Assembly (NCBI RefSeq): GCF_017876815.1
Contig: NZ_JAGIOS010000003.1
Coordinates: 60,001-92,000 of the forward strand
DNA from: Sinorhizobium meliloti
Lineage (GTDB): Bacteria; Pseudomonadota; Alphaproteobacteria; Rhizobiales; Rhizobiaceae
Length of the DNA: 32,000 nucleotides
Direction: 5' to 3'
Shown here: in pieces, positions 15,438 through 24,365 of the stretch
How the letters are laid out: each line of letters opens with the position of its first letter
Numbering within the stretch: position 1 is the first letter of the stretch
Made by a program: the position numbers and the translations under genes
The notes under the pieces: generated by a model
Databases searched by the model: none
What the model saw: the letters and a program-made list of their open reading frames with translations, nothing else
Told to the model about the DNA's origin: nothing

Positions 15438-16965
15438 TGGTGCCTATGCCGGCAATCAATCGTTCCAGGTTTAAACGACCATACCCGAAATCGGGGGTAA
15501 AGTCTTGTTCGCCCATCGCGGGCACCTTGTCAGCACTGGCCGTAAGGGCGCTTCGGATCGCCGCGGGGTCTCTCTTGCCTCCATTTGCGATGTAGAGTGC
15601 CGCAGCCGCTGCAACGTGCGGGGCGGCCATCGAAGTACCGGGCCAGGCGTCGTAGTCCGTTTCGCGGATAGCGGCCTTTCCTTGCCACCAATGGCCATCC
15701 GGGCCCCTTTCTGCCCTCCAACCTATTTGGCCCGGGTAGGTCGGGAGCGTTGACCAGATAGCATCGCCCGGCGCTGCGATCGTTATGTGGTTGCCCCTGT
15801 TGGAAAAATTCGTGATGCGGTCCTGGAGGTTTGTCGCTCCCACAGCGATAACGCCTGGCATTGCGGCAGGGTATGAGATTGGGCTACCGTCGCGTCGTTC
15901 GTTCCCCATTGCCGCAACAATGGTGCTTCCGTTGGCCAGCAAAGCCTCAAAGGCCGCACTTTCTGTCGGATCCGGCGCCCCTCCGCCACCGATCGAGAGA
16001 TTGATGACATCGATGCCCTGATCCACGCAGTCGAGCAGCGCACGTAGATACATCACCGGATCGACAAAGTATGCAAATTCCGCTGTTCCATCGGGATGCG
16101 TCAGCAAGTCAGGGCGATCGTCGAAAATCTTCCACGCATGGATCCTCGCTCGCGAAATGCCGTTGATGCCTACGTCGTTGTTGATCGTCGCAGCAATCGT
16201 ACCTGCCACATGAGTACCGTGTCCTATCAGATCTTGATCTGAACTCGCCCCCGGGAGGTCCGGGTGCTCATATATGTATCCGGCGACCTGGTCTTTGAGG
16301 TCAGGGTGACCAGCATCAATTCCCGTATCGAGGACCCCGACCTTGATCTCGCTCGCGTCGTTGAAACCATTCAGGTCCCGCGCTTCTTGCCAATTGATTT
16401 TGCGGAGATTCCACATTGTGTGCGACGGTGGCGGCGCCGCGGCGCTTCGCTCCCGGCCGACGGCTGATGCTTTGGACGGGTTTCGCGGCTTTTTCGCTGT
16501 CAAATAGCGCAGCGGAACCCGTGAAACGGACGCGACGCTTGGATCACCAGCAAGCGCGAGCTGAAGCTGTCGCACGTCGGCAGCGCTTGCCAACTCGAGG
16601 AGACTCGCTGCGCCGCCCGGGGTCCGTTCGTCCATCGCAGCACTTAAATTGAGGGCAGACGCAGACCATCCCTCCGCTTCGTTTCCCGGAGCCCCAAGAA
16701 GCTCCGGCATGACACGGGCGTTGCGAACGGAACTGACGAGCATTCGGCTGGCATAGTGCGGTGCCTCCTTCGAGAGAGGTGTCACGCGTTTCACCAATCC
16801 GGCCCGTTCATAGTAGGCCAACGCCTGGAGACCACTGCTCAACGCAGAACGCGCTGCGGTAAATGTCGCCTCGAAACTTGCTTGGCGTTGCTGGGGCCGC
16901 ATCCGCACGAACAACATCGCCTCGTGGTAAAGGGGAAACCCCGAATTCCTAAACAATGGCCCCAT
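15430..16965 (-). CDS. S8 family (subtilisin-like) serine peptidase, with no signal peptide seen
   Basis: The catalytic triad motifs are VGVLDTGIDAGHPDL (Asp), HGTHVAGTIAA (His) and GTSMAAPHVAAAAALY (Ser). The start is trimmed to ATG 16965, with GGAGG 8 nt upstream; the track's GTG 16971 is too close to the SD. Confidence 0.9.
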   Translation of the reverse strand: MGPLFRNSGFPLYHEAMLFVRMRPQQRQASFEATFTAARSALSSGLQALAYYERAGLVKRVTPLSKEAPHYASRMLVSSVRNARVMPELLGAPGNEAEGWSASALNLSAAMDERTPGGAASLLELASAADVRQLQLALAGDPSVASVSRVPLRYLTAKKPRNPSKASAVGRERSAAAPPPSHTMWNLRKINWQEARDLNGFNDASEIKVGVLDTGIDAGHPDLKDQVAGYIYEHPDLPGASSDQDLIGHGTHVAGTIAATINNDVGINGISRARIHAWKIFDDRPDLLTHPDGTAEFAYFVDPVMYLRALLDCVDQGIDVINLSIGGGGAPDPTESAAFEALLANGSTIVAAMGNERRDGSPISYPAAMPGVIAVGATNLQDRITNFSNRGNHITIAAPGDAIWSTLPTYPGQIGWRAERGPDGHWWQGKAAIRETDYDAWPGTSMAAPHVAAAAALYIANGGKRDPAAIRSALTASADKVPAMGEQDFTPDFGYGRLNLERLIAGIGTND

Positions 16966-17031
16966 AGGCACATCCTCCGCCTCGTCTTACCTCCGACGAT
17001 ACTGGCAACTGAACTGGCCGACAATTTGGGT

Positions 17032-17619
17032 TTATTCGGTGTCGGTCACATCCTTGCTGCGTCCCTCTGGAGAGTGGCGCAGGCAAGCCGCCATGCCCGC
17101 GGAGACATCCCCTTCCAGGCCATGAAAGCTCGAGTGAAGTGCGCAGGGTCGGTTTATCCGAGTTGACAGGCAATCTGCGAAATCGAGGAATCCGGTGTAG
17201 CGAGCATGCATCTCCGCCTGACGCTCGAGGACCGCCTTTAGTGTAGCCTCAAAGCTCATGCCCTGCTCGGCCAACCTGCGCTGTAAGGTACGTCTCGACA
17301 TCCCGAGCCGACGACCCATCCGGTCAATTGTGGGGCGATCGTCCAACAAATCGAGCAGGATCAGGTGTTCGATACAAGACAGGAGGTCATCTCCAATTTG
17401 CCGAGTGCAGCTAACGGCGGACGAAGGTTGTGCCGACCTCATCGGCCTCGACGTGTCAAGCTGGTGGCGTGGAAAATAGAGAGCAGCCTCCGTGCTGAGC
17501 GACAGATCAGTGCCCAGGATGAGCTCGGCTTCCGATTTTGCTTCTATCTGCGATCCTGAAACCATAGCGCGGAGCGGTGCCCAGGTCGGCCCCATGAAAG
17601 AACGCACCAGGTCCATCAT
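17032..17619 (-). CDS. AraC-family HTH regulator, N-terminally truncated (possible pseudogene)
   Basis: The C-terminal HTH region is IDRMGRRLGMSRRTLQRRLAEQGMSFEATLKAVLER. At 195 aa it holds only the tail of the usual ligand-binding domain. Fragments resembling the missing N-terminus lie out of frame at 17638-17889. Confidence 0.65.
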   Translation of the reverse strand: MMDLVRSFMGPTWAPLRAMVSGSQIEAKSEAELILGTDLSLSTEAALYFPRHQLDTSRPMRSAQPSSAVSCTRQIGDDLLSCIEHLILLDLLDDRPTIDRMGRRLGMSRRTLQRRLAEQGMSFEATLKAVLERQAEMHARYTGFLDFADCLSTRINRPCALHSSFHGLEGDVSAGMAACLRHSPEGRSKDVTDTE

Positions 17620-17962
17620 ATAGCCAACGCCAGGAATTCATTCTTCTGCCGCCCGACCTCGCAAGGATCGGTTATCTGTGCGCGAACCACGGGTCTCCGG
17701 TTCGAATCTGCTCAAGGCGAGGGATAGGAATCCCGGACTGGGAGCATCTCGCCAACTTCCGATCGTCTCAGTCGCAGCGTGAGCGGAAGCGGTGGGGACT
17801 TGCTGAGTGACAGCAATGGGCCCCAGAAGCCGAGTCTTCGAAGGAGCGGAACGCAAAAATCCCAAAGAGGAGCCGTTTTGGCTTTGCATCGTTGTCGAGA
17901 CCCGCGCGACATGCTCGGCCTAGAGATCCAGTTGGTGTTATTGCCCTGTCACTTGGGCACTT

Positions 17963-19189
17963 TCACTTCACGACCGTTTTTATCTTCGCCACTGTTTCGA
18001 GCGTGCGATGGACCGGGCACTTGCCGGCGATTTCGACGATCTTCTCGCGAAGCTCTTCCGAGACCTCACCTTCGATGGAAATGACTCGTTCGAAGCGGTC
18101 GATTTTGCGGCTATCGCCACGTTCCGTCTCGGTGCACTCCTCGCAGTCCTTAGCATGGATTTTGGTATGCGAGACGTCGACGCCGATGCGCCCGAGCTTC
18201 AGCTGCTTGTGGCCGGCATAAAGGCGCAGCGTCATCGAGGTGCAGGCGCCAAGTGCGATCGCCAGGAAGTCGTAGGGCGATGGTCCGGAATCGAATCCGC
18301 CTACGCTTTCGGGTTCATCGGCGAACAGCCGATGCCCGCCAGCCTGAATCGCGTTCTGAAACTTGCCTTCGCCGGTTTCCCTCACGTGGACATGTTCGAT
18401 CGGGCCCGCGCCTTGCGGCGTGTCGGCGGCAAGATAGCGTGTCAGCCATTCCGAAATGATCCGTCCGGCAAAGGCCGCGTCCTCAGGGTCGGTGAGCAGG
18501 TGGTCGGCCTTGTCCAGCGAGATGAAGCTTTTCGGATGCCTGGCCGCGACGAAGATTTCGGTGGCGTTCTCGATCCCGACCGTATGGTCCAGCGGCGCAT
18601 GAAGGATGAGGATTGGCTTCTTCAGCCTCCCAACAGCATCCTTAATGCGGTGCGCACGCGTGTCCTCGACAAATTGCTTTCTGATAAGGAACGTGCGCCC
18701 TGCGAGATCGACGTCGGCCTCACCGTTCTTGTCGATCTCCTCGAGGCTCGCTCCGAAGTTCTTCAACACGTGGCCGACATCAGCCGGCGCGCCGACGGTG
18801 GCTACGGCGCGCACTTCCGGAATTTCCCCGGCGACGGCGAGGACCGCTGCGCCGCCGAGCGAGTGGCCGATCAGCACCGCGGGTGCCTGATAGTGGTGGC
18901 GTAAATAGTTCGCGGCTGAAAGAAGGTCGGCAACGTTGGAGGAGAAATTCGTCGAAGCGAATTCGCCTTCGCTCGATCCCAGCCCCGTGAAATCAAAACG
19001 CAGGACAGCGATGCCTTCACGCGCAAGCTCCGCCCCAATCTGGCGTGCCGCCGCCAGATCCTTGGAACAGGTGAAGCAATGGGCAAAAAGCGCGTAGGCG
19101 CGCAATGGCCTATTTGGCAGATCGAGGCGGGCGCTAAGCGTCGCGCCGGAATGCCCGGAAAATTGGAGCCGTTGCGTATTGAATGCCAT
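17963..19189 (-). CDS. bifunctional alpha/beta hydrolase / OsmC-family protein
   Basis: The N-terminal half has LFAHCFTCSKD and the nucleophile elbow GHSLGG. The C-terminal half has the OsmC pattern GGFDSGPSPYDFLAIALGACTSMTLRLYA...IAGKCPVHRTLE. Confidence 0.9.
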   Translation of the reverse strand: MAFNTQRLQFSGHSGATLSARLDLPNRPLRAYALFAHCFTCSKDLAAARQIGAELAREGIAVLRFDFTGLGSSEGEFASTNFSSNVADLLSAANYLRHHYQAPAVLIGHSLGGAAVLAVAGEIPEVRAVATVGAPADVGHVLKNFGASLEEIDKNGEADVDLAGRTFLIRKQFVEDTRAHRIKDAVGRLKKPILILHAPLDHTVGIENATEIFVAARHPKSFISLDKADHLLTDPEDAAFAGRIISEWLTRYLAADTPQGAGPIEHVHVRETGEGKFQNAIQAGGHRLFADEPESVGGFDSGPSPYDFLAIALGACTSMTLRLYAGHKQLKLGRIGVDVSHTKIHAKDCEECTETERGDSRKIDRFERVISIEGEVSEELREKIVEIAGKCPVHRTLETVAKIKTVVK

Positions 19190-19205
19190 GGTAACGACCC
19201 TCCGC

Positions 19206-19249
19206 TGCAGATAAGTATTTTACATCTGCAACGCCTACCGCCTAGGCGG
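19206..19249. promoter_or_regulatory. two palindromes upstream of the hydrolase-OsmC gene (candidate operator)
   Basis: TGCAGAT (19206-19212) pairs with ATCTGCA (19224-19230) around an AT-rich 11-nt spacer. A perfect 12-bp palindrome CCGCCTAGGCGG sits at 19238-19249. Both lie 17-60 nt upstream of the start at 19189. Confidence 0.3.
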
Positions 19250-19393
19250 AAGTCGTCATCGTTCGAATTCCTGGTCAGCGTAGCTCGCGGAGCGCAGCCG
19301 GTAGCGAGGGAAACTGCCCGAGTGTTTCCGAGGAGCCCGGCGTATCCGCAAGGCACCTCGGAGTTGCTTTAGGTCGCGAAAGTCTCCGGCCGT

Positions 19394-19900
19394 TTACTCG
19401 GCCGCGGACCGCCGGGGTAGGACCCAGTTGGGGCGCGGGAAGTGGCAGGTGTAGCCGTTGGGGTAGCGCTCCAGGTAATCCTGGTGCTCCGGCTCCGCCT
19501 CCCAGAAGTCTCCCACCGGCTCGACTTCGGTCACGACCTTGCCCGGCCATAGGCCAGAGGCCTCGACGTCTACAATCGTCTCCTGGGCAATCCGCTTCTG
19601 CTCGTCGTCGACATAGTAGATCGCCGAGCGGTAGGAGGTCCCGATGTCGTTTCCCTGTTGGTTCTTCGTAGTCGGATCGTGGATCTGGAAGAACAGCTCC
19701 AGGATCTGCCTGTAGCTGATCCTCTCGGGATCGAAGATGATCTCGATGCCTTCGGCGTGCGTGCCGTGATTGCGGTAGGTCGCATTCGGCACGTCGCCGC
19801 CAGTGTAGCCCACGCGGGTCTCGATGACGCCGGGGAGCTTGCGGATCAGGTCCTGCATCCCCCAGAAGCACCCACCAGCCAAAACAGCTCTCTTGGTCAT
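19394..19900 (-). CDS. msrA: peptide-methionine (S)-S-oxide reductase MsrA
   Basis: The active-site motif [13 protein letters not shown] is present, along with a conserved MsrA core (GYTGG...NATYR, THAE). Confidence 0.95.
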   Translation of the reverse strand: MTKRAVLAGGCFWGMQDLIRKLPGVIETRVGYTGGDVPNATYRNHGTHAEGIEIIFDPERISYRQILELFFQIHDPTTKNQQGNDIGTSYRSAIYYVDDEQKRIAQETIVDVEASGLWPGKVVTEVEPVGDFWEAEPEHQDYLERYPNGYTCHFPRPNWVLPRRSAAE

Positions 19901-20344
19901 TCAGATATCCTCCACCTGGTTGAAATAGCCGCCGTAGCCCTCGGCCTCCATTTCCTCGCGCGGAATGAACCGCAGTGCGGCGGAATTGATGCAGTAACGC
20001 AGGCCGCCCCGATCCTGAGGGCCGTCGGGAAACACATGGCCGAGATGGCTGTCACCATGAGCCGAGCGGACCTCGGTGCGGATCATGCCATGCGAGTTGT
20101 CCCTGAGTTCGTTGACGTTTGCCGGTACGATCGGCTTGGTGAAGCTCGGCCAGCCGCAGCCCGAATCGAACTTGTCGGCCGAGGCGAACAGCGGTTCGCC
20201 TGAAACGATGTCGACATAGATTCCCGGTCTCTTGTTGTCGGTGTACTCCCCGGTGAAGGGGCGTTCGGTGCCATTCTGCTGGGTCACCCGATACTGTTCG
20301 GGCGTAAGCTTGCTGACCGCTTCGTCGGTCTTTCTATAGGTCAT
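19901..20344 (-). CDS. msrB: peptide-methionine (R)-S-oxide reductase MsrB
   Basis: SelR/MsrB motifs are present: [20 protein letters not shown] and RYCINS. The start is trimmed to ATG 20344 (GGAGA 8 nt upstream). The stop directly abuts the msrA ATG. Confidence 0.95.
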   Translation of the reverse strand: MTYRKTDEAVSKLTPEQYRVTQQNGTERPFTGEYTDNKRPGIYVDIVSGEPLFASADKFDSGCGWPSFTKPIVPANVNELRDNSHGMIRTEVRSAHGDSHLGHVFPDGPQDRGGLRYCINSAALRFIPREEMEAEGYGGYFNQVEDI

Positions 20345-20453
20345 TGCCCTTGTCTCCGTTGCTGGACTTGTTGCCTGAATATGGCGAGCGGTCCTGAGGA
20401 TTCCCAATATCGGATGTGCATAGATTCCATAGCCGCACTACGCTCGCACCGGC

Positions 20454-21329
20454 TCACGACCAGTTGCGCCGAGCCGCCAGCTGCGCGATCTTGCGGATCT
20501 CGAGCGGCGTGCCGGAGCCGGAGACCGTCACGAATACGAGTTCGCGCGCCAGGGAAATCCCTTCCACCGGGCGGGTAACGATGCCCTGCACGACGATGGA
20601 CCGCTCGGGCATGATGCAGATCGCACGGCCCTCGGCGACGACCTGCTGGACCCAGTCCTCGCGGTCGGCACTGAAGCGCGGCTGCATGACCGCGTCATGG
20701 TCCATCAGGTGCTCGGTGATCTCGGTGTGAAACTCGCAGGCCAGCCGGTCGACATAGGGATAGGCGGCGATCGCCTCGGTGCTGACGACATCCTTGCCTG
20801 CCAGTGGATGGCTCTCCGCGCAGGCGAGGAGGAACGGCTCGCGAAAGAGCGGCACGACGTTGAGCTTGGGGTTGGAGCGGGGAGCCCGCGGTAGGATACA
20901 GGCGTGGTACTTGCCCGAAAGCACTTCGTTCGCGCCTTCGCCGGCCAATAGCTGATGCATGTTGATCTTCACCGAAGGAAGCTCGCCAAGCGCGTCGTCA
21001 AAGAATGCGGCAAATGCGGCAGGGCCGATGGTTGGAGCGACAGCGATATCGAGAATACGACGCCGGCCGAGCACCGTGCTTTCGGAATGCTCGCGCACGT
21101 TTCTAAGCGCGAGCTCAATGCGCATGAACTCGGCCTGAACGTCCCGGCCGAGCGCGGTCAGACGGCTGTCCTTGCCGTCGCGATAGATCAGCGGACTGCC
21201 CAAGTCTTCCTCGAGGCGCTGGATTGCCCGCGTGAGACTGGGCTGCGAAACCCCGCTTCGACGCGCGGCTTCGGTGAAATTCAATGTTTCGGCCAGATTG
21301 AGAAAGTACCTGACCTGATTGATGTCCAT
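20454..21329 (-). CDS. LysR-family transcriptional regulator
   Basis: MDINQVRYFLNLAETLNFTEAARRSGVSQPSLTRAIQRLEEDLG is a classic LysR HTH. The start is trimmed to ATG 21329. Confidence 0.9.
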   Translation of the reverse strand: MDINQVRYFLNLAETLNFTEAARRSGVSQPSLTRAIQRLEEDLGSPLIYRDGKDSRLTALGRDVQAEFMRIELALRNVREHSESTVLGRRRILDIAVAPTIGPAAFAAFFDDALGELPSVKINMHQLLAGEGANEVLSGKYHACILPRAPRSNPKLNVVPLFREPFLLACAESHPLAGKDVVSTEAIAAYPYVDRLACEFHTEITEHLMDHDAVMQPRFSADREDWVQQVVAEGRAICIMPERSIVVQGIVTRPVEGISLARELVFVTVSGSGTPLEIRKIAQLAARRNWS

Positions 21330-21542
21330 GGATTGGTCTCGCTTGGCTTGGGTTGAGCGGCCATGAAGATCTCGGCAAGCGAGACACTGGCAGCTGCCGG
21401 ACACCGGTTGTCACTCCGGCGCCGTTTGAATGCAAGGGCAGCCGGAAGGCGTGGGAAAGCGCGGGCCTTCGCAGATGAACTGCGGGTGGGCCGGTCCGCG
21501 CTTCCTCAGGGGGCCGGCGCGTGGTCGGGTGATTCCCCACAC

Positions 21543-22541
21543 TTACGCTCCAACCATCTCCGTTTCATGCGGCACGATCGGCCGGACGGCCGGATCGGGT
21601 GAATGCTCGGCCAGGGATTTCTCGGCTTCCAGGGCCGCCATGCTTCCCATGCCTGCAGCGGTGATTGCCTGACGGAATACCGAGTCGATGACATCGCCCG
21701 CAGCCAGCACCCCGGGAACGGTAGTTTTCGTCGACCAGGAGCCGACCTTGATGTAGCCGGCGTCATCCATGTCGAGCTGGCCGCGAAACAAAGCGGTCGC
21801 TGGATCGTGTCCGATCGCGACGAAAAGGCCGTGCGTGGTTAGCTCCTTCACGTCGTCTGTGTTCACCTCACGGATCCGCATGCCCGTCACCGACTTCCTC
21901 GGCTCCTGCTCGCCTATAACCTCGTCGATGACGTGGTTCCAGATAACCTCGACGTTCGGTTTTGCCAGCAGGCGGTCCTGTAGGATTGGCTCCGCACGGA
22001 AACGATCACGGCGATGGACGACTGTGACCTTGGAGGCAAGATTCGATAGGTAAAGCGCTTCCTGTACCGCTGTGTTGCCGCCGCCGCCGACGACCACCTC
22101 CTTGTTGCGATAGAAAAATCCGTCACAGGTCGCGCAGGCCGAGACACCGAATCCATTGAATGTCCGTTCCGAGGGAAGGCCAAGCCAGCGGGCCTGGGCT
22201 CCCGTTGCGATGATGAGCGCATCGGCGATGTACGCGTCGCCGGAGTCACCCTCGAGACGGAACGGGCGGTCGGAGAGGTCGACGGAGGTGATGATATCGT
22301 ACACCACCTCGGTGCCGACATTCTCCGCCTGCTCTCGCATCTGCTCCATGAGCCAGGGTCCCTGAACGGGTTCGGCGAAGCCCGGATAGTTCTCGACATC
22401 CGTGGTGATGGTGAGCTGGCCGCCTGCCTGCAGGCCGGTTACGAGGAGCGGCTTTAGGTTTGCACGAGCAGCGTAGATGGCGGCCGTGTAGCCAGCCGGT
22501 CCGGCCCCAATGATCAGGACCCTAGTGCGATGCGTGTTCAT
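21543..22541 (-). CDS. trxB: thioredoxin-disulfide reductase
   Basis: The FAD motif [19 protein letters not shown], the redox-active CATCDG and the NADPH motif [13 protein letters not shown] are all present. Confidence 0.95.
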   Translation of the reverse strand: MNTHRTRVLIIGAGPAGYTAAIYAARANLKPLLVTGLQAGGQLTITTDVENYPGFAEPVQGPWLMEQMREQAENVGTEVVYDIITSVDLSDRPFRLEGDSGDAYIADALIIATGAQARWLGLPSERTFNGFGVSACATCDGFFYRNKEVVVGGGGNTAVQEALYLSNLASKVTVVHRRDRFRAEPILQDRLLAKPNVEVIWNHVIDEVIGEQEPRKSVTGMRIREVNTDDVKELTTHGLFVAIGHDPATALFRGQLDMDDAGYIKVGSWSTKTTVPGVLAAGDVIDSVFRQAITAAGMGSMAALEAEKSLAEHSPDPAVRPIVPHETEMVGA

Positions 22542-22601
22542 AAGGCGCTCTCCTTCTGCGTCACGGTCCGTAAGGCGGCCGTCGCGCTGACGCTTGGTTC
22601 A

Positions 22602-22754
22602 TTAGTCGTACTGCCGTCGCGCGATGACGTCGATCTCGTTGCGGGAAATGCCGACATCCTCGAGCAGGTGATTGTTCAATTGCGTAAACGTCCGGAGGGT
22701 CCGGCGATAGCGTTGGTGGGCGCGAATTTTCGAAAGTATATGGATCAAATACAT
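22602..22754 (-). CDS. DUF1127 domain-containing small protein, absent from the ORF track
   Basis: ATG 22754 has an AGGA SD. The product MYLIHILSKIRAHQRYRRTLRTFTQLNNHLLEDVGISRNEIDVIARRQYD carries the DUF1127 pattern R..R.L..L....L.D.G.SR..I. I verified it codon by codon. Confidence 0.75.
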   Translation of the reverse strand: MYLIHILSKIRAHQRYRRTLRTFTQLNNHLLEDVGISRNEIDVIARRQYD

Positions 22755-22796
22755 GGTGCGTCCTCATGTTGCGCTTTTTGTGCTGTTACGAAATCA

Positions 22797-22840
22797 ATAC
22801 AGATCGGTCTTGTTCCGTTAACAAGTATACAGATCTGTAT
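22797..22840. promoter_or_regulatory. ACAGATC-type palindromes in the DUF1127/TetR intergenic region (candidate TetR operator)
   Basis: A perfect 14-bp palindrome ATACAGATCTGTAT sits at 22827-22840 and a half-site copy ATACAGATCGGT at 22797-22808. The inverted repeat CTTGTT/AACAAG (22809-22825) lies between them. Confidence 0.4.
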
Positions 22841-23044
22841 CGTTCTTCAATGGCGTGCGGGAAAATCTCCGCCGCCGTGTCTGATTTGCGAAGTTTCGGG
22901 GACTCGCTTGTTCTCATAACCTTTTGTTTCTTATAGCGTAATATTCTTGAAGGCGGATGACCGGAGTTCTTCACAATCTCGTGCGCGGAGATCGCGGCAT
23001 AACATCCTCAGTCTTGCATCAGGTCTTGAGTGTCGCTATTTATC

Positions 23045-23060
23045 GAAACTGATCTGTTTC
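23045..23060. promoter_or_regulatory. third ACAGATC-related near-palindrome just upstream of the TetR start
   Basis: GAAACTGATCTGTTTC matches 14 of 16 positions of a palindrome around a GATC core. It lies 19 nt upstream of ATG 23079. Confidence 0.35.
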
Positions 23061-23078
23061 AAACGATTTGAGGATGCG

Positions 23079-23699
23079 ATGCGTCGTTCAGAAATCCGCG
23101 GCCATTTGCTCGACACAGCCCTCCGGCTTTTCAACCAGCACGGCTATAAAGCGACGGGCATCGATCTGATCATCGCCGAGGCGGGCGTGGCCAAGACGAC
23201 GCTGTACCGGCACTTTGAGACCAAGGAAGACCTGATTCTGGCCGCGCTCGAGAGGCGCGACGAGGAAGATCGCCTTGCCATGCGTGCCTTTGTCGAGCAG
23301 CGTACGAGCGACCCCGTCGAACGCCTTCTGGCGACGTTCGATTTCCTCGAAACCACGGTCCGGGACAAGCAGTTCCGCGGCTGCATGTTCATGAGCGCGG
23401 CGGGAGAGCACAAGGACACGGTCGATCCCGTGTTTCGCGCTTCCTTGATGCACAAGCGCTTGGCGCTCGCCTATTTGGAGGAACTCGCCCATGCGGCGCG
23501 GTTTGCCGAGCCGAAGCGGATCGCGGCCGAGATTAACCTCCTACACGAGGGGGCGGTCGCCGTTGCGCAAATCACCCGCGTCGCCGAGCCCACGCGGCAA
23601 GCCAAATGTATTGCGCAGCAATTGCTCGCGGCGGCAGAACGGTTGACGCCGCCGACCCGGGGAGGGGATGGCGGTAATCGAATGCACGGTGAAACTTGA
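23079..23699 (+). CDS. TetR/AcrR-family transcriptional regulator
   Basis: The TetR HTH is LLDTALRLFNQHGYKATGIDLIIAEAGVAKTTLYRHFETKEDL. The start is trimmed to ATG 23079, which has a GAGGA SD. Confidence 0.9.
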   Translation: MRRSEIRGHLLDTALRLFNQHGYKATGIDLIIAEAGVAKTTLYRHFETKEDLILAALERRDEEDRLAMRAFVEQRTSDPVERLLATFDFLETTVRDKQFRGCMFMSAAGEHKDTVDPVFRASLMHKRLALAYLEELAHAARFAEPKRIAAEINLLHEGAVAVAQITRVAEPTRQAKCIAQQLLAAAERLTPPTRGGDGGNRMHGET

Positions 23700-23938
23700 T
23701 CCCCGAACGCCCGCCGCGCCGTCGCCGATGGTGCACGGCTCACGCGGATCTCTTCCTGGGCGACCGGTCTGGCCCGGGCCCGCTCCGGTCTTCCGCGAAG
23801 GTTCACCGGCCTCACCCTGAGAGCGATCTCGAGTATTGGCTGCTACCGATCTCGAGTATAGCCGTAGGGGACAACAAACTTATCGCGGCAGCGTCGACTC
23901 AGAACAGCGCATAGTCCGACAGCTCGATTGTGACGGCG

Positions 23939-24193
23939 TTAAAATCGCGGTCGATGGGTGCCATCCGGCTTGAGTGCGTACACGCCACGGCGACTCGAGT
24001 ATTTCAGCCCGTCTACGTCGACGTAATCAGAAATGAAGTGCGCGGCGGGCGTGTCCGCCCACACATCAACCGTATAATCGTGACGGCGCAGCAATCCAGC
24101 GCCGCGATCAAAGCCATACTCGCCCAGATCTCCGAGCCGGCGGCGACGCGGACAATGCCCGATATCCTCGTGAGAAACTCGCTCATTCAGCAA
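23939..24193 (-). CDS. hypothetical ORF, possibly the C-terminal remnant of a larger gene
   Basis: 84-aa ORF with a protein-like tail, RHDYTVDVWADTPAAHFISDYVDVDGLKYSSRRGVYALKPDG. There is no convincing SD and the upstream frames are broken. Confidence 0.3.
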   Translation of the reverse strand: MLNERVSHEDIGHCPRRRRLGDLGEYGFDRGAGLLRRHDYTVDVWADTPAAHFISDYVDVDGLKYSSRRGVYALKPDGTHRPRF

Positions 24194-24365
24194 ACGGCCT
24201 CGCGTACTGCTCCAGCCTATCCTGACTTCATTTTCCTGTCGGCCTGGAATTCTTGATCCCCAGCGCGGTCGGCCGGTAACTGTTCATTCTTGCCGAAATT
24301 CGGTGGCAGAAGTCCGTGCCTGGCTGCCTCTCTTTGATAGTTCATTTTTTTGGAAGCGGCGGCAG

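Noticed and set aside
17683-17708. tRNA-like GGTTCGAATC T-loop sequence
   Set aside because: The flanking bases do not form a T-stem (TCCGG versus CTGCT), and no acceptor or anticodon arms can be drawn. It is only a CGAACC/GGTTCG hairpin inside the decayed AraC region. It is not a tRNA, and I cannot support an att-site claim.
18008-18904. 298-aa plus-strand ORF
   Set aside because: It lies entirely antisense to the well-supported hydrolase-OsmC gene. Its composition is Arg/Ala/Gly-rich shadow-frame sequence typical of high-GC DNA, and it has no SD.
19275-20203. 198-aa (-) and 181-aa (+) ORFs over msrA/msrB
   Set aside because: They overlap the unambiguous msrA and msrB frames, and their composition is that of shadow ORFs.
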